Source of the DNA: Deltaproteobacteria bacterium
GTDB lineage: Bacteria; Myxococcota; Kuafuiibacteriia; Kuafuiibacteriales; Kuafuiibacteriaceae
Assembly: GCA_040218735.1 (NCBI GenBank)
Contig: JAVJQW010000018.1
Location: forward strand, 64,001-128,000
Direction: 5' to 3'
Length of the DNA: 64,000 nucleotides
Shown here: positions 36,633 through 45,904 of the stretch, piece by piece
Position numbering within the stretch: the stretch's first letter is position 1
Layout: every line of letters begins with the position of its first letter
Program-made: the position numbers and the translations under genes
The notes under the pieces: model-generated
What the model saw: only the letters and a program-made list of their open reading frames with translations
Database searches by the model: none
What the model was told of the DNA's origin: nothing

Positions 36633-38720
36633 CTACTCGTAGTGCACCGACTCCGCGGACGAAGTCTGCGTCGAGACAAAGGCCGGGTACACCGCGGACA
36701 CCAACGAGATCGCGATGGCCCCGAGCACCGTGTAGACCGCGTAGGGCGCGGGGAGCACGAAGTGGACGGCGAACGCCGAGACTACCTCCAACGCGCCGAT
36801 CGCCGAGAAGCCGAGCGGGACGCCGAGCACCACGGCCATGATGCCGCCGAGCAACCCGATCAGCGCCCCCTCCAACACGTACAGCCAGGCGACCTGACGG
36901 CGCCGCATCCCGAGGACGCGGTACAGCGCGACTTCGCGCCGACGCACGTGCGCGGCGAGGACGAGGTTGTTCGCGATGCCGACGGCCGCGAGGATCGCGG
37001 TGAGGAGGAGGATGACGTCGAAGATGAGGAAGTCGTCGTCGGTCTCCTTCTGGCGAGCGATCTCCTTGAGCGTGCCAATCTCGATGACCTGCGTGCTCGG
37101 CTCGAAGTTCTCTTCGCCGAGGTAGTCGACCCACGGGCCCCACGGTTCGTCGAGCCCGCCTCGAAACTTCGGATCGCGGAGCGCGTAGGCTGCGCCCATC
37201 GGACGTGCGAACGGCTTGATGAGATCGAAGTCCCCCTCCGCGATGATCCCGTACGTCCTGCTCTCGCGGTAGGAGCCGACCATCGGGACGTAACCGGCGT
37301 CCGTGATGCCGACGACCTCCAGCTCCGCGTTGCGCGCGGGGCTCTTCACGCCGAGTCTGTCGCCGATGCCGAGGCCGTACCGGCGCGCCATCATGTGCGA
37401 GAGGATCACCTTGCCCTTCGCGAGCGCCTTCAGCGGCGCGGCGTAGTCGGTGCCCATGTCCTCGGCGAAGCGCTTCAGCTGCGCGGTGTTCGCCGCCATC
37501 AGCTGCGCGGGGACCGGCGTGCGGCCGGAGTATTCGACCTTGATGACGTGCTCGGGGAGCTGCTCGATGATCTCCTTGTGCACGATCCGCTGGCGGTCGA
37601 ACACAAACACGTAGGCGTTGTCGCGGATCGTGCGACCGGCCCACGACGACACCTCGTCCTTCAGCGAGCGCGTCACGATGTGCAGCGAGAGCAGCAGCGC
37701 GAAGACGAGCATCACGCCGCTCACCGCCCACGCGAGCTCGTGCCCCGACCGCTCGATGCGCCGCAGCGTGAGGAGGCGCGGCGCGCTCTTCGTCGCGGGG
37801 AGCAGCGCGCCGACGAGACGCCCGAGCAGCCCCACGACCTGAGGCACGAGCACGAGCATCGACAGGAACCCAGCGCACACGAGCCCCGCCTCCAGCACGA
37901 AGAACATCAGCGACGGCAGCACCTCCACGAAGAACGGGCGGATGAGGATGTAGAGGAGCACCATGAAGGGCAGGGCGATCAGTGCGATGCCCGCGTCCTT
38001 CGTCGCCGGTCCGCCGCCCTCCACGAACCGCGGCCGGAGCGTGGCGCCGACGTCCAGGCGGAGGACGTCGTACAGCGGCTTCAGGATCCCGAGCAGCGCG
38101 GTGAGCGCGCCGACCGACGACACGATGAACACGAGCCGCCACGGGATCCACAGCCAGTTGAGCTGTGCGCGCCCGGTCGTGGTGATGCCCGCGCGGGCCG
38201 CGATGATCGCGAGCGGTGCCGTCGCGAGCGCGCCGATCGTCGCGCCGACGACGCCGACGATCAGCGCCTCCGTGAAGAAGATCGCCGCCACCTGTTTGGG
38301 GGTGGTGCCCAGACTCCTCAACAGCGCGATCTCGCGTTTGCGCTGCGCGACGATGACGCGGAACGTAAAGAAGACGATCAGGGCGCCCACGAGAAACGCC
38401 GAAAGCGACCCCAGCCGGGTCGCCGAGCGCATGACCTGGTAATCCTCGTGGGTCTCCTCGCGGGTGTCCTGGACGACGGTCGGCGCGCCGTCCTCGCGGA
38501 CCGGGTAGAGCGCGAGGGTGCGGGAGAGGTCGGGCTCCAGATCCGGGTTGGTCGTCCAGTCGTAGGATTCGACCTTGCGGGTGTTCACGTCGATGGTCAG
38601 GACGACGTTCACGGTGACCGCACCGAGGGCGACCCCGATGATCGCGGAGACGGTCGCGAACCAATCCGACCGGAGGTTCCTCAGGGCCAGCGTCAAGACC
38701 AGGCGAAGGGACCGGAACAC
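36633..38720 (-). CDS. FtsX/MacB-type ABC transporter permease (two FtsX repeats)
   Basis: 'QRKREIALLRSLG', 'RRREVALYRVLGM', two TM clusters; first periplasmic loop unusually short. Confidence 0.88.
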   Translation of the reverse strand: MFRSLRLVLTLALRNLRSDWFATVSAIIGVALGAVTVNVVLTIDVNTRKVESYDWTTNPDLEPDLSRTLALYPVREDGAPTVVQDTREETHEDYQVMRSATRLGSLSAFLVGALIVFFTFRVIVAQRKREIALLRSLGTTPKQVAAIFFTEALIVGVVGATIGALATAPLAIIAARAGITTTGRAQLNWLWIPWRLVFIVSSVGALTALLGILKPLYDVLRLDVGATLRPRFVEGGGPATKDAGIALIALPFMVLLYILIRPFFVEVLPSLMFFVLEAGLVCAGFLSMLVLVPQVVGLLGRLVGALLPATKSAPRLLTLRRIERSGHELAWAVSGVMLVFALLLSLHIVTRSLKDEVSSWAGRTIRDNAYVFVFDRQRIVHKEIIEQLPEHVIKVEYSGRTPVPAQLMAANTAQLKRFAEDMGTDYAAPLKALAKGKVILSHMMARRYGLGIGDRLGVKSPARNAELEVVGITDAGYVPMVGSYRESRTYGIIAEGDFDLIKPFARPMGAAYALRDPKFRGGLDEPWGPWVDYLGEENFEPSTQVIEIGTLKEIARQKETDDDFLIFDVILLLTAILAAVGIANNLVLAAHVRRREVALYRVLGMRRRQVAWLYVLEGALIGLLGGIMAVVLGVPLGFSAIGALEVVSAFAVHFVLPAPYAVYTVLGAIAISLVSAVYPAFVSTQTSSAESVHYE

Positions 38721-38756
38721 CGCGGGTCGCCTAACACGACTCGTCGTCGGTGGTCA

Positions 38757-38785
38757 TTGCCCGGGCTCGTCCGGGCCACTACGAT
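38757..38785 (+). promoter_or_regulatory. Sigma-70-type promoter
   Basis: TTGCCC-17 nt-TACGAT, 7 nt before GTG 38793. Confidence 0.55.
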
Positions 38786-38792
38786 GCCGTCC

Positions 38793-40796
38793 GTGACACG
38801 CTTTTGCGCTTGGCTCCTCCTCGCTGGTTCGCTCGCCGCGTGCTCGGGCGGTAGTGATGACGACGGAACGACGACGCCCGACGCGCTCGAGCTCGTCACG
38901 ACGGCCATCGCGTCCGGAGAGTTCGGCAAGGCGTACGACGAGAAGATCGCCGCGCGCGGGGGTGTTCCGCCGTATACGTTCCGGCACGTCGAAGGGGATC
39001 TGCCCGGCGGGTTGATGCTGAAGGCGGAGACCGGGCAGCTGTCCGGCGTCTTCACCGAGGCGGGGACGTTCACGTTCACGATCGAGGTCTCGGATACGGC
39101 GGACACGAAGGCCTCGCGGGAGTTGTCGATCGCGGTCACCGCCGAGCCCCTGCTCATCTCCACGGCCACCCTCCCGGACGGTGACACCGCGACCGCGTAT
39201 TCGGCTCGCCTCGAGGCGACGGGCGGCGTCACGCCGCTGACGTGGGCGACGACCGCTGGCGCGCTCCCGCAGGGGCTCACGCTGGACGGCGAAGGTCTCG
39301 TGAGCGGCATGCCCACGGAGGCGGGGACGTTCACCGTGACGATCGAGGTGACGGACGCGGACGGCACGACGGACGACCGCGAGCTCACGTTCGAGATCGA
39401 AGACGCGAGCCCGATGATCACCTCGATGCTGCTCCCGCCCGCGCGCGCCGGGGGCCCCTACAACGCGCAGATCGAAGTGACGGGCGGGACGTCGCCGTAC
39501 ACGTTCACGCTCGTCGCGGGGACGCTCCCGAACGGACTGTCGATGGACGGCGCCGGAGCGATCACCGGCCTCCCCGACGACGACGGCAGCTTCACGTTCA
39601 CCGTCGAGGTCACGGACGCCAACGACCTCACCGACTCGCTGCAGCTCATGATCCTTGCGGTGCAAGAGTTCACGATCACCACGAGCGCGCTCCCGCTCGG
39701 TTTGCTGGGCGACGCGTACGACGCCGACCTCGAGGCGACCGGCGGTGTCCCGCCGTACCGCTGGGTCCTCGTCAACGACACGCCGCTCCCGGCGGGCCTG
39801 ACGCTGAGCGACGCGGGCAAGATCTCCGGGACGCCCACCGAGGGCGGCGACTTCTTCATCCGCGTCCGTGCGATCGACGAAGGGGGCACCGGCATCCGCA
39901 GCTCGCGCGCGTACACGCTGCGCGTCCGCGACCTCCGTCAGTACAGCGCGGCGACATCGGGGGTGACGTTCCCGCCGCTCTGCACGACGTCGACCCACGT
40001 GTCCTATCAGACCGTCGAGGTCGAGGTTCCGGATTCGTTTGCGATCGCCGACGTCAACGTCACGCTCGACATCGCCTTCACGGACACGAAGGCCGGTGGC
40101 GCGAGGTTGAACGAGAAGCTCCGCGTGTTCCTCGTCTCGCCGTCGGGCCGGCAGCTCGTGGTGTGCGGCAACGGCGCGGCCATCCCGGGCGGCGTCGACT
40201 GCCCGAACGACCCGACGACGAGCGGCCCGGGGCTGGCCTCGACGTTCGGCACTCTCGGCGCGACGCCTCCGTCGCAGCCGGTCGACGTGCTCGTGGGGAC
40301 CAACGCGCAGGGCACGTGGCGCCTCCGCGTCGGCGTCGTCGAGCCCTCGACGACGGGCGGCAACTGCGACCAGGCGGGGATGATCGACGACGTCACTTTG
40401 ACGCTCGCGGCGGACAACTCGCCGGACCCGTACATCCGCGTCACGGGCTTCACGACGAACAACCTGCTCGCCTATCCGTGGGTGCGGATCAGCGGCGGCG
40501 GCATCGCGGCGCAGCAGCAGCTGTTCCTCGCCGCGACGCTGTGGGACGTCGGCGCGAACGGACGCCGCGAAGCCGGCGGCGGCGACGACGTGCCCGACCC
40601 TCGCGCCTTCACCTGGACGGGCGCCGGCCTCCCGACGGGCACCGCGATCACCCCGGACGGCCACGTGACGACCGGCGGCATCACCAGCCGCGGCATGATG
40701 CCGACGGTCACCGCCTCCGACGGCATGGGGAACGACATCACGCTCCCCATCGCCATCACCCCGCCCGACTGGAACCCCGACGTCCGAGAGTTCTAG
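38793..40796 (+). CDS. Lipoprotein with four putative-Ig (He_PIG) repeats and a proprotein-convertase P-like domain
   Basis: Lipobox LAAC; four 'GG.PPY.F/W...G.LP.GL.L...G.ISG.PTEAG.F.FT' repeats; 'DVNVTLDI...LVSPSG...NAQGTWRLRV'; alternative ATG at 38784. Confidence 0.82.
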   Translation: MTRFCAWLLLAGSLAACSGGSDDDGTTTPDALELVTTAIASGEFGKAYDEKIAARGGVPPYTFRHVEGDLPGGLMLKAETGQLSGVFTEAGTFTFTIEVSDTADTKASRELSIAVTAEPLLISTATLPDGDTATAYSARLEATGGVTPLTWATTAGALPQGLTLDGEGLVSGMPTEAGTFTVTIEVTDADGTTDDRELTFEIEDASPMITSMLLPPARAGGPYNAQIEVTGGTSPYTFTLVAGTLPNGLSMDGAGAITGLPDDDGSFTFTVEVTDANDLTDSLQLMILAVQEFTITTSALPLGLLGDAYDADLEATGGVPPYRWVLVNDTPLPAGLTLSDAGKISGTPTEGGDFFIRVRAIDEGGTGIRSSRAYTLRVRDLRQYSAATSGVTFPPLCTTSTHVSYQTVEVEVPDSFAIADVNVTLDIAFTDTKAGGARLNEKLRVFLVSPSGRQLVVCGNGAAIPGGVDCPNDPTTSGPGLASTFGTLGATPPSQPVDVLVGTNAQGTWRLRVGVVEPSTTGGNCDQAGMIDDVTLTLAADNSPDPYIRVTGFTTNNLLAYPWVRISGGGIAAQQQLFLAATLWDVGANGRREAGGGDDVPDPRAFTWTGAGLPTGTAITPDGHVTTGGITSRGMMPTVTASDGMGNDITLPIAITPPDWNPDVREF

Positions 40797-40812
40797 GCCG
40801 CGTAAGCGGCCT
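40795..40812 (+). terminator. GC hairpin with GTAA tetraloop at the stop codon
   Basis: AGGCCGC-gtaa-GCGGCCT; no U-tract. Confidence 0.4.
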
Positions 40813-40963
40813 GTCCGAGGACTGTGCCCAGCGGGTCCGCGAAGCGAAAGCTGCGTGAAGGGCCTGAGCGGTGTCTCGCCCTCGACCGTCGGTGGGGCGT
40901 GTCGCCCACACTGAACCGAGGGTTCGGTGACACGGTCGGCGTGGATCCGCCTGTGGGCATATG

Positions 40964-40979
40964 TGGCATGTGCAGTGCT
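40964..40979 (+). promoter_or_regulatory. Sigma-54 promoter
   Basis: TGGCAT-GTGCA-GTGCT, GG-N10-GC. Confidence 0.6.
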
Positions 40980-40993
40980 ACTCCACGCGCCCA

Positions 40994-42616
40994 GTGACTC
41001 GACTTCGCGCGCTGCCTCTCCTCTTCGTCTTCGCCTGCACCGAGGCCCCGGCGCCCGTCGCGCGGGACGCCGGCGTGCCCGTGGTCAGCGAGGACGCGGG
41101 CTTCGACGCGGGGGTCGTCGTCGACCCGCCCGACGCGGGGTCGCGCGACGCGGGTGCGGCGGGTGAGGACGCTGCGGTGCGCGATGCCGGCCATCCGGAC
41201 GCGGGTTTCGAGCCGGTGGACTGTTCGGCGGTCGACGACGTCGCGGCGTGGACGTTGTGCGCGCAGGACGTGGCGACGTGTGAGGTGCTCTTCGAGGACG
41301 GGGCCGGGTGCCCGGCGGTCTGCGCGGCGCTCGGTTTGGCGTGCGGCGGTGCGTTCGAGAACGTCGAGGGTATGTGCGCCGCGGACTACGAGCGTCCGGC
41401 GCTGTCCTGCACCGAAGCGTCGGGGCACGGGTCGGACTACTGCGTCTGTCGCTCGGCGGAGTGCAACCCAGCTTGCGACGGTCGCTCGTGTGGCCCCGAC
41501 GGATGTGGCGGCTTGTGCGGGACGTGCGCGAGCACCGAGACGTGCGTCGACGGGACGTGCGAGGACGCGGTGCAGGAGGACTGCACGCAGTACCCGTTCT
41601 CCTCGGCGACGCTCTTGAACGAGCTCGTCGGGTTCGGGCGCAGGGCGACCGGCGGCGACCCGTCCCGCGTGTACCACGTGACGACGCTCTCCAACTCGGG
41701 CGCCGGTTCGCTGCGCAACGCGCTCGAGAGCAACGAGCCGTACTGGATCGTCTTCGACGTCGAGGGTCGCATCACTCACCCGACGCGCGTCGACGTGCGC
41801 TCCAACAAGACCATCGACGGTCGCGGCCGTGAGATCACCATCGAGGGCACGCTGCGTCTCGAGGACACACGAAACGTGATCATCTCGGACGTCGCGCTGA
41901 CGAACACGCTGGAGGGCCGGTGCGGTCAGGACGGCGACGTCATCCTCGTGACCGGCGACGGGACGACCGACCCCGCGACGTTCACCTCACGCGACCTGTG
42001 GTTCCATCACCTCGAGCTGTACGACGGCGGCGACGGTCTGTTGGATCTGCGCGGCGCGAGCCGCGTCACGATCTCGTGGAACCACCTGCACACCCACAAG
42101 AAGGCGATGCTCATGTGGCAGAACCAGGACGGTCAGGCGGTCCCCGGGATGCGCGTCACGATGCACCACAACTTCTTCGATCGCACGACGATCCGCGGCC
42201 CGCAGTTCATCTACGGCTGGGCGCACTTCTTCAACAACTACCACTTCGAGTGGTACGAGTACGGCGCGGGCAGCCTGGGCGGCGCGCAGATGGCGAGCGA
42301 GCACAACGTCTACGAAGCGCGCCCCGGCAACGTCTGCATCCCGGCGGCCTGCCCCGACCCCAACCCGTGCGGCGACAACGACCGACTCGTGTCGAAGCGC
42401 GCGCTCGTCACCGACTGGGCCGAGAACGGCGCGGGGGACGCGCGGAGCACGAACGACCTGCTGTTGAACGACGCGGAGGTCGAGACGCGCAACCCGACGC
42501 AGGTCTTCGACCCGGCGGCGATCTATCCGTACGTGCTGGACGTCGCGGACACCACGTTGGCGCAGCGCATCCGCGACGAGGCAGGCCCGCGCGTGGACTA
42601 CTGCCAGGGGCCGTGA
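40994..42616 (+). CDS. Pectate lyase (PL1-like) lipoprotein with DAG-rich linker and Cys-rich repeats
   Basis: Lipobox VFAC; 'GFGRRATGG', 'YHVTTL..SGAGSLR', 'SNKTIDGRG', 'DGLLD', 'VTISWN', 'VTMHHNFF...RGP'. Confidence 0.85.
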   Translation: MTRLRALPLLFVFACTEAPAPVARDAGVPVVSEDAGFDAGVVVDPPDAGSRDAGAAGEDAAVRDAGHPDAGFEPVDCSAVDDVAAWTLCAQDVATCEVLFEDGAGCPAVCAALGLACGGAFENVEGMCAADYERPALSCTEASGHGSDYCVCRSAECNPACDGRSCGPDGCGGLCGTCASTETCVDGTCEDAVQEDCTQYPFSSATLLNELVGFGRRATGGDPSRVYHVTTLSNSGAGSLRNALESNEPYWIVFDVEGRITHPTRVDVRSNKTIDGRGREITIEGTLRLEDTRNVIISDVALTNTLEGRCGQDGDVILVTGDGTTDPATFTSRDLWFHHLELYDGGDGLLDLRGASRVTISWNHLHTHKKAMLMWQNQDGQAVPGMRVTMHHNFFDRTTIRGPQFIYGWAHFFNNYHFEWYEYGAGSLGGAQMASEHNVYEARPGNVCIPAACPDPNPCGDNDRLVSKRALVTDWAENGAGDARSTNDLLLNDAEVETRNPTQVFDPAAIYPYVLDVADTTLAQRIRDEAGPRVDYCQGP

Positions 42617-42619
42617 CGG

Positions 42620-43786
42620 CTACATGAAGTTGCGCGTGTGTAGCGACGACAGCTCCGCCGCGCGCTCGGCGTCGTAGCCGATCCGGCGCAGGCGTCGCTG
42701 CCGACCTTCGTCCATCTCCGCGACGAGCCCGAGGACCGCGTCCCACCCGTTTGCGATCGCGTCGGGCGCCCACGAGCCCGCGGCGAGGAGGACGAGCGCG
42801 TCGAACACCTCCTGGTTGAGCCCCGCGGTGTGCGCGAGCGCGTCGTGGCGACGGTGCACGGCGTTGGCCAGGCGATCGAGGAGCGCGGCGTCTTCACGGG
42901 CGTGGCGCTCGAGGTGCGCGATGCCAAACGCCACGTGGCGCGCTTCGTCCTGCGCCGCGAGCCGCATGATCGTCTCGGTCACGGAATCTGGCGCGTGGGC
43001 GTGGAGGAACCAGAGCAACGACAGGAAGCTCCCCTCGCCGAGCACCGAGAGCAGGAACGACGCGAGCTGGAAGTCCGGCTCTTCGACGATCGTCTTCAGC
43101 GATGACTGACCGCCGCTCGTCGAGAGCCCCAGTCGTCTCCGCCGCAGCAGCGCGCGCCGCGTGAACACCTCGACGTGACGTGCTTCGTCCGCCGCGTTGA
43201 TCGCGAGGAGCTGCATCACTTCGCGGAAGTGCGGGTGCACTTGCGACGCGAACCGCGCCGAGATGACCAGCGCCGCCGTCTCGTTCTCGATGAGGTAGGT
43301 GAGGATCTGGACGAGTGCGTCCTCGATCGCGTCCGGGTGCTCGAAGGGGGCCTCCCACGGGATCGCCGTGGCCGGATCCCACTGCGCCGCGACGGCCTGC
43401 GCGTAGATTCGGCCGGCCTCCTCCGTCCACACCTCACTCGCGTTCGTCAGGTTGAAGTGAACCTCGGGCCCGCCCGCTTCGACCGTCGCGCCGCGCGCGG
43501 CGAGGCCCCAGCGCGCCGGAGCCACATCGACGACCGCGTCGGGCGCGCCCGTCGACTCCGCGCCCGACCAACGCGATGAAGCGCCGACCGCGCCCCGCAC
43601 GACGACGCCGTCACCGCGGAAGCCGTGGCCCGCACTTCGGCACCACGCGCGCAGGTGCACGTCGAGCGCGGGGGCGCTGCCGATGACCTGGAGCGCCTCG
43701 CCGGGCGCGAGCCCGGACAGCGCGCGGGCCACCAGCAGGTGGCCACCGCGATCGAGTCCGAGCCCGGCGAGGTCCAGCGTGTTCAC
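42620..43786 (-). CDS. TusA-like N-terminal domain + ferritin-like diiron domain protein
   Basis: 'LAPGEALQV...HLRAWCRSAGH' TusA-like fold lacking CPxP; two DEARH motifs plus ENE and GEG ligand segments. Confidence 0.78.
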   Translation of the reverse strand: MNTLDLAGLGLDRGGHLLVARALSGLAPGEALQVIGSAPALDVHLRAWCRSAGHGFRGDGVVVRGAVGASSRWSGAESTGAPDAVVDVAPARWGLAARGATVEAGGPEVHFNLTNASEVWTEEAGRIYAQAVAAQWDPATAIPWEAPFEHPDAIEDALVQILTYLIENETAALVISARFASQVHPHFREVMQLLAINAADEARHVEVFTRRALLRRRRLGLSTSGGQSSLKTIVEEPDFQLASFLLSVLGEGSFLSLLWFLHAHAPDSVTETIMRLAAQDEARHVAFGIAHLERHAREDAALLDRLANAVHRRHDALAHTAGLNQEVFDALVLLAAGSWAPDAIANGWDAVLGLVAEMDEGRQRRLRRIGYDAERAAELSSLHTRNFM

Positions 43787-43799
43787 GGTGCGCGCCCGC

Positions 43800-44624
43800 T
43801 CACGCGAAGGTTCCGAACCGTTCGACGGCGCGCGCGAGCATCGCGTAGCCCTCCGTGCGACCCGGCTTCCAGACCTTGAGACCCTCGAGATCGAGGAGGT
43901 GACGCACCGCCTCGTCCTCGTAGCGCATCGACATCAGCAGCTCCGTGAAGCGTCGAATCGCACCGGCCGGTGCGGAGGACGCGCCCTCGAAGATGGTGAA
44001 GTTGCAGTGGTCGTACGTGTCCGTTTGCAGCAGCACCCGCGTCGCGCCCGCACCGAGTGTGCCTTCCTTCCCGAACAGCAGGTGGTTGCCGTCGATCAGG
44101 CAGACGGCGTCGACCTCTCGGGCCATCAACGCCTTCGCCGCGTCACGTTCTCCGCCGATGTGATCGCCGTGTTTGCCGACGAGCCGATCGAAGCGGCGCA
44201 CTTGGAAGTCCTCGTGCGGCTCCACACCCGCTTCGGCGAGCGCGAGGAGCGGGATGAGCGTGGCCTGCGGAGAGTCACTCGCGCCGACGCCCACCGTCTT
44301 CCCCTTCAGATCTGCGACGCTGCGAATGTCTGAGTCCTCACGCACCACGACGAGGCTCGTCAGATCCTGGTCCGTGTCGCGCATGGCGATCGCCTTCGCG
44401 TTCCGCCCGACGGTCTTGCCCATGCGCTCCGCCTGCAGCCACGCGAGTGGCGAGTTCCAAGCGACGTGGAAGTGTCCGCCCACGTGCGCCTCCACCTGGC
44501 GCTCGTAGTTCGAGTAGAGGACGAAGTCGAAGTCGAGGTCGTTGGCCGCGAACCAAGTCTTGAACCCCTCCCAGATCGTGACGACCTTCGGGTCGTAGGC
44601 GACAGCGCCGAGGAGGAGCGTCAT
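43800..44624 (-). CDS. PhnD/SsuA-like substrate-binding-fold protein without signal peptide
   Basis: TGATG coupling to ACAD; 'GAVAYDPKVVTIW', 'AWNSPLAW', 'DSPQATLIP', 'DHCNFT'. Confidence 0.8.
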   Translation of the reverse strand: MTLLLGAVAYDPKVVTIWEGFKTWFAANDLDFDFVLYSNYERQVEAHVGGHFHVAWNSPLAWLQAERMGKTVGRNAKAIAMRDTDQDLTSLVVVREDSDIRSVADLKGKTVGVGASDSPQATLIPLLALAEAGVEPHEDFQVRRFDRLVGKHGDHIGGERDAAKALMAREVDAVCLIDGNHLLFGKEGTLGAGATRVLLQTDTYDHCNFTIFEGASSAPAGAIRRFTELLMSMRYEDEAVRHLLDLEGLKVWKPGRTEGYAMLARAVERFGTFA

Positions 44625-45742
44625 CAGAACACCTCCATTCCGCAGATCGCCTTGCCGATGAAGTCGTAGAGCTGGTCGGTCGTCGGCGCCATGACCGTCC
44701 CGGCGCGCGCGTCGCGGAAGCGACGCTCCACGCCGACGTCGCGGCGGAAGGCCGCGCCGCCGCACACGCGCATCGCGGTGTCGAGGACGACGGTGGCCGA
44801 CTCCCCCGCGGCCGCTTTGGATTCGAGGACCCGCAGCATGACGTCTTCGCGACCGGTCTCCATCGCGGTGATGGTGTCGTCGACGAGCGTTCGTGTGCGG
44901 TCGGTGTCGATGCGCATGCGCGCGAGGTACGCGCGGATGGTCGGCAGCTCGGCGAGCGCCGAGTCCAGGTGCTCGTAGCGTGTGCCGCCGGCGTGGGCAC
45001 ACGCGGCCTGCGTCGCGCCCTCCATGAGCCCGACGCCGACGCTCGCGGTCATCACGTTGAAGATGGGCAGGACGGTCTCGAGCATGACCTTCAGGCCTGC
45101 GCCGTCCTCGCCGAGGCGATTCGCGGCGGGCACTACCACGCCCTCCGCGACGACCGGGACGGAGTCGTTGCCGCGCAGGCCGAGGCCGTCGAAGCCGCCA
45201 CCGGGCGTGAGGCCCGGCGTGGTGCGCGGCACGAACCAGATCGTGCTGGCGCCTTCTGCTTCGGCGGGGCCGCTCGACCATACGTAGAAGTCGGCGTGGT
45301 TCGCGGAGGTCACCCAGCTCTTCTTGGCGTCGAGCCGAACGTCGTCGCCCTGGCGCTTCGCGGTCGAGACCGGCGCCCAGAAGTGGCTGCGCGAGCCGGA
45401 CTCGGAGAACGCGAGCGTGCCGAGGTGGCCGTCTTCGACGATCGCGCGCCGGTGCGCTTCGGTGCCGAACGCTTCGACGACCGCGGTCGCCGCGTAGTGC
45501 ATGCAGGTGATCATCGCGGTGGAGCCGCACTCGCGCGCGAGGCGCTCCACGACGTGCGCGGCGGCGCGCGGGCCTTCGCCGTGCCCGCCGACCTCCTTTG
45601 CAGAGATGAGCTTCAGGAGTCCGCGCTCGCGGAGCGCATCCACCGCGGCTCGCGGGAACGCTCGGGAGCGGTCAACTTCGGTTGCGTTGTTCGCGACGAC
45701 GGTCGTCGCGATCTCTTCTAGGGTCTGTCGGTAGTCGTACAT
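44624..45742 (-). CDS. Acyl-CoA dehydrogenase family flavoprotein
   Basis: 'TLAFSESGSRSHFW', 'KSWVTSA', 'GLGLRGNDS', 'AMRVCGGAAF', 'ERRFRDARAG'; SD GGAGG. Confidence 0.9.
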   Translation of the reverse strand: MYDYRQTLEEIATTVVANNATEVDRSRAFPRAAVDALRERGLLKLISAKEVGGHGEGPRAAAHVVERLARECGSTAMITCMHYAATAVVEAFGTEAHRRAIVEDGHLGTLAFSESGSRSHFWAPVSTAKRQGDDVRLDAKKSWVTSANHADFYVWSSGPAEAEGASTIWFVPRTTPGLTPGGGFDGLGLRGNDSVPVVAEGVVVPAANRLGEDGAGLKVMLETVLPIFNVMTASVGVGLMEGATQAACAHAGGTRYEHLDSALAELPTIRAYLARMRIDTDRTRTLVDDTITAMETGREDVMLRVLESKAAAGESATVVLDTAMRVCGGAAFRRDVGVERRFRDARAGTVMAPTTDQLYDFIGKAICGMEVF

Positions 45743-45904
45743 CGATCCTCCCCGGTGCGCACACGCGCCCGAGGAGGAGTGCCCCTCAGCGTGCCGCCCG
45801 GTCGAAAGCAGGGTCCGGAACCTCCGGACGCGTCAGAGCTCAAAGGCAAAACATGACGCTGCGGTTCGACCGCATCCGCGGGCGGCGGTCAAGGGAGCCC
45901 GGGC

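Noticed and set aside
45778-45798. Sigma-54-like CGGCAC...GC upstream of the ACAD operon
   Set aside because: GG-to-GC spacing is 11 nt rather than the required 10.
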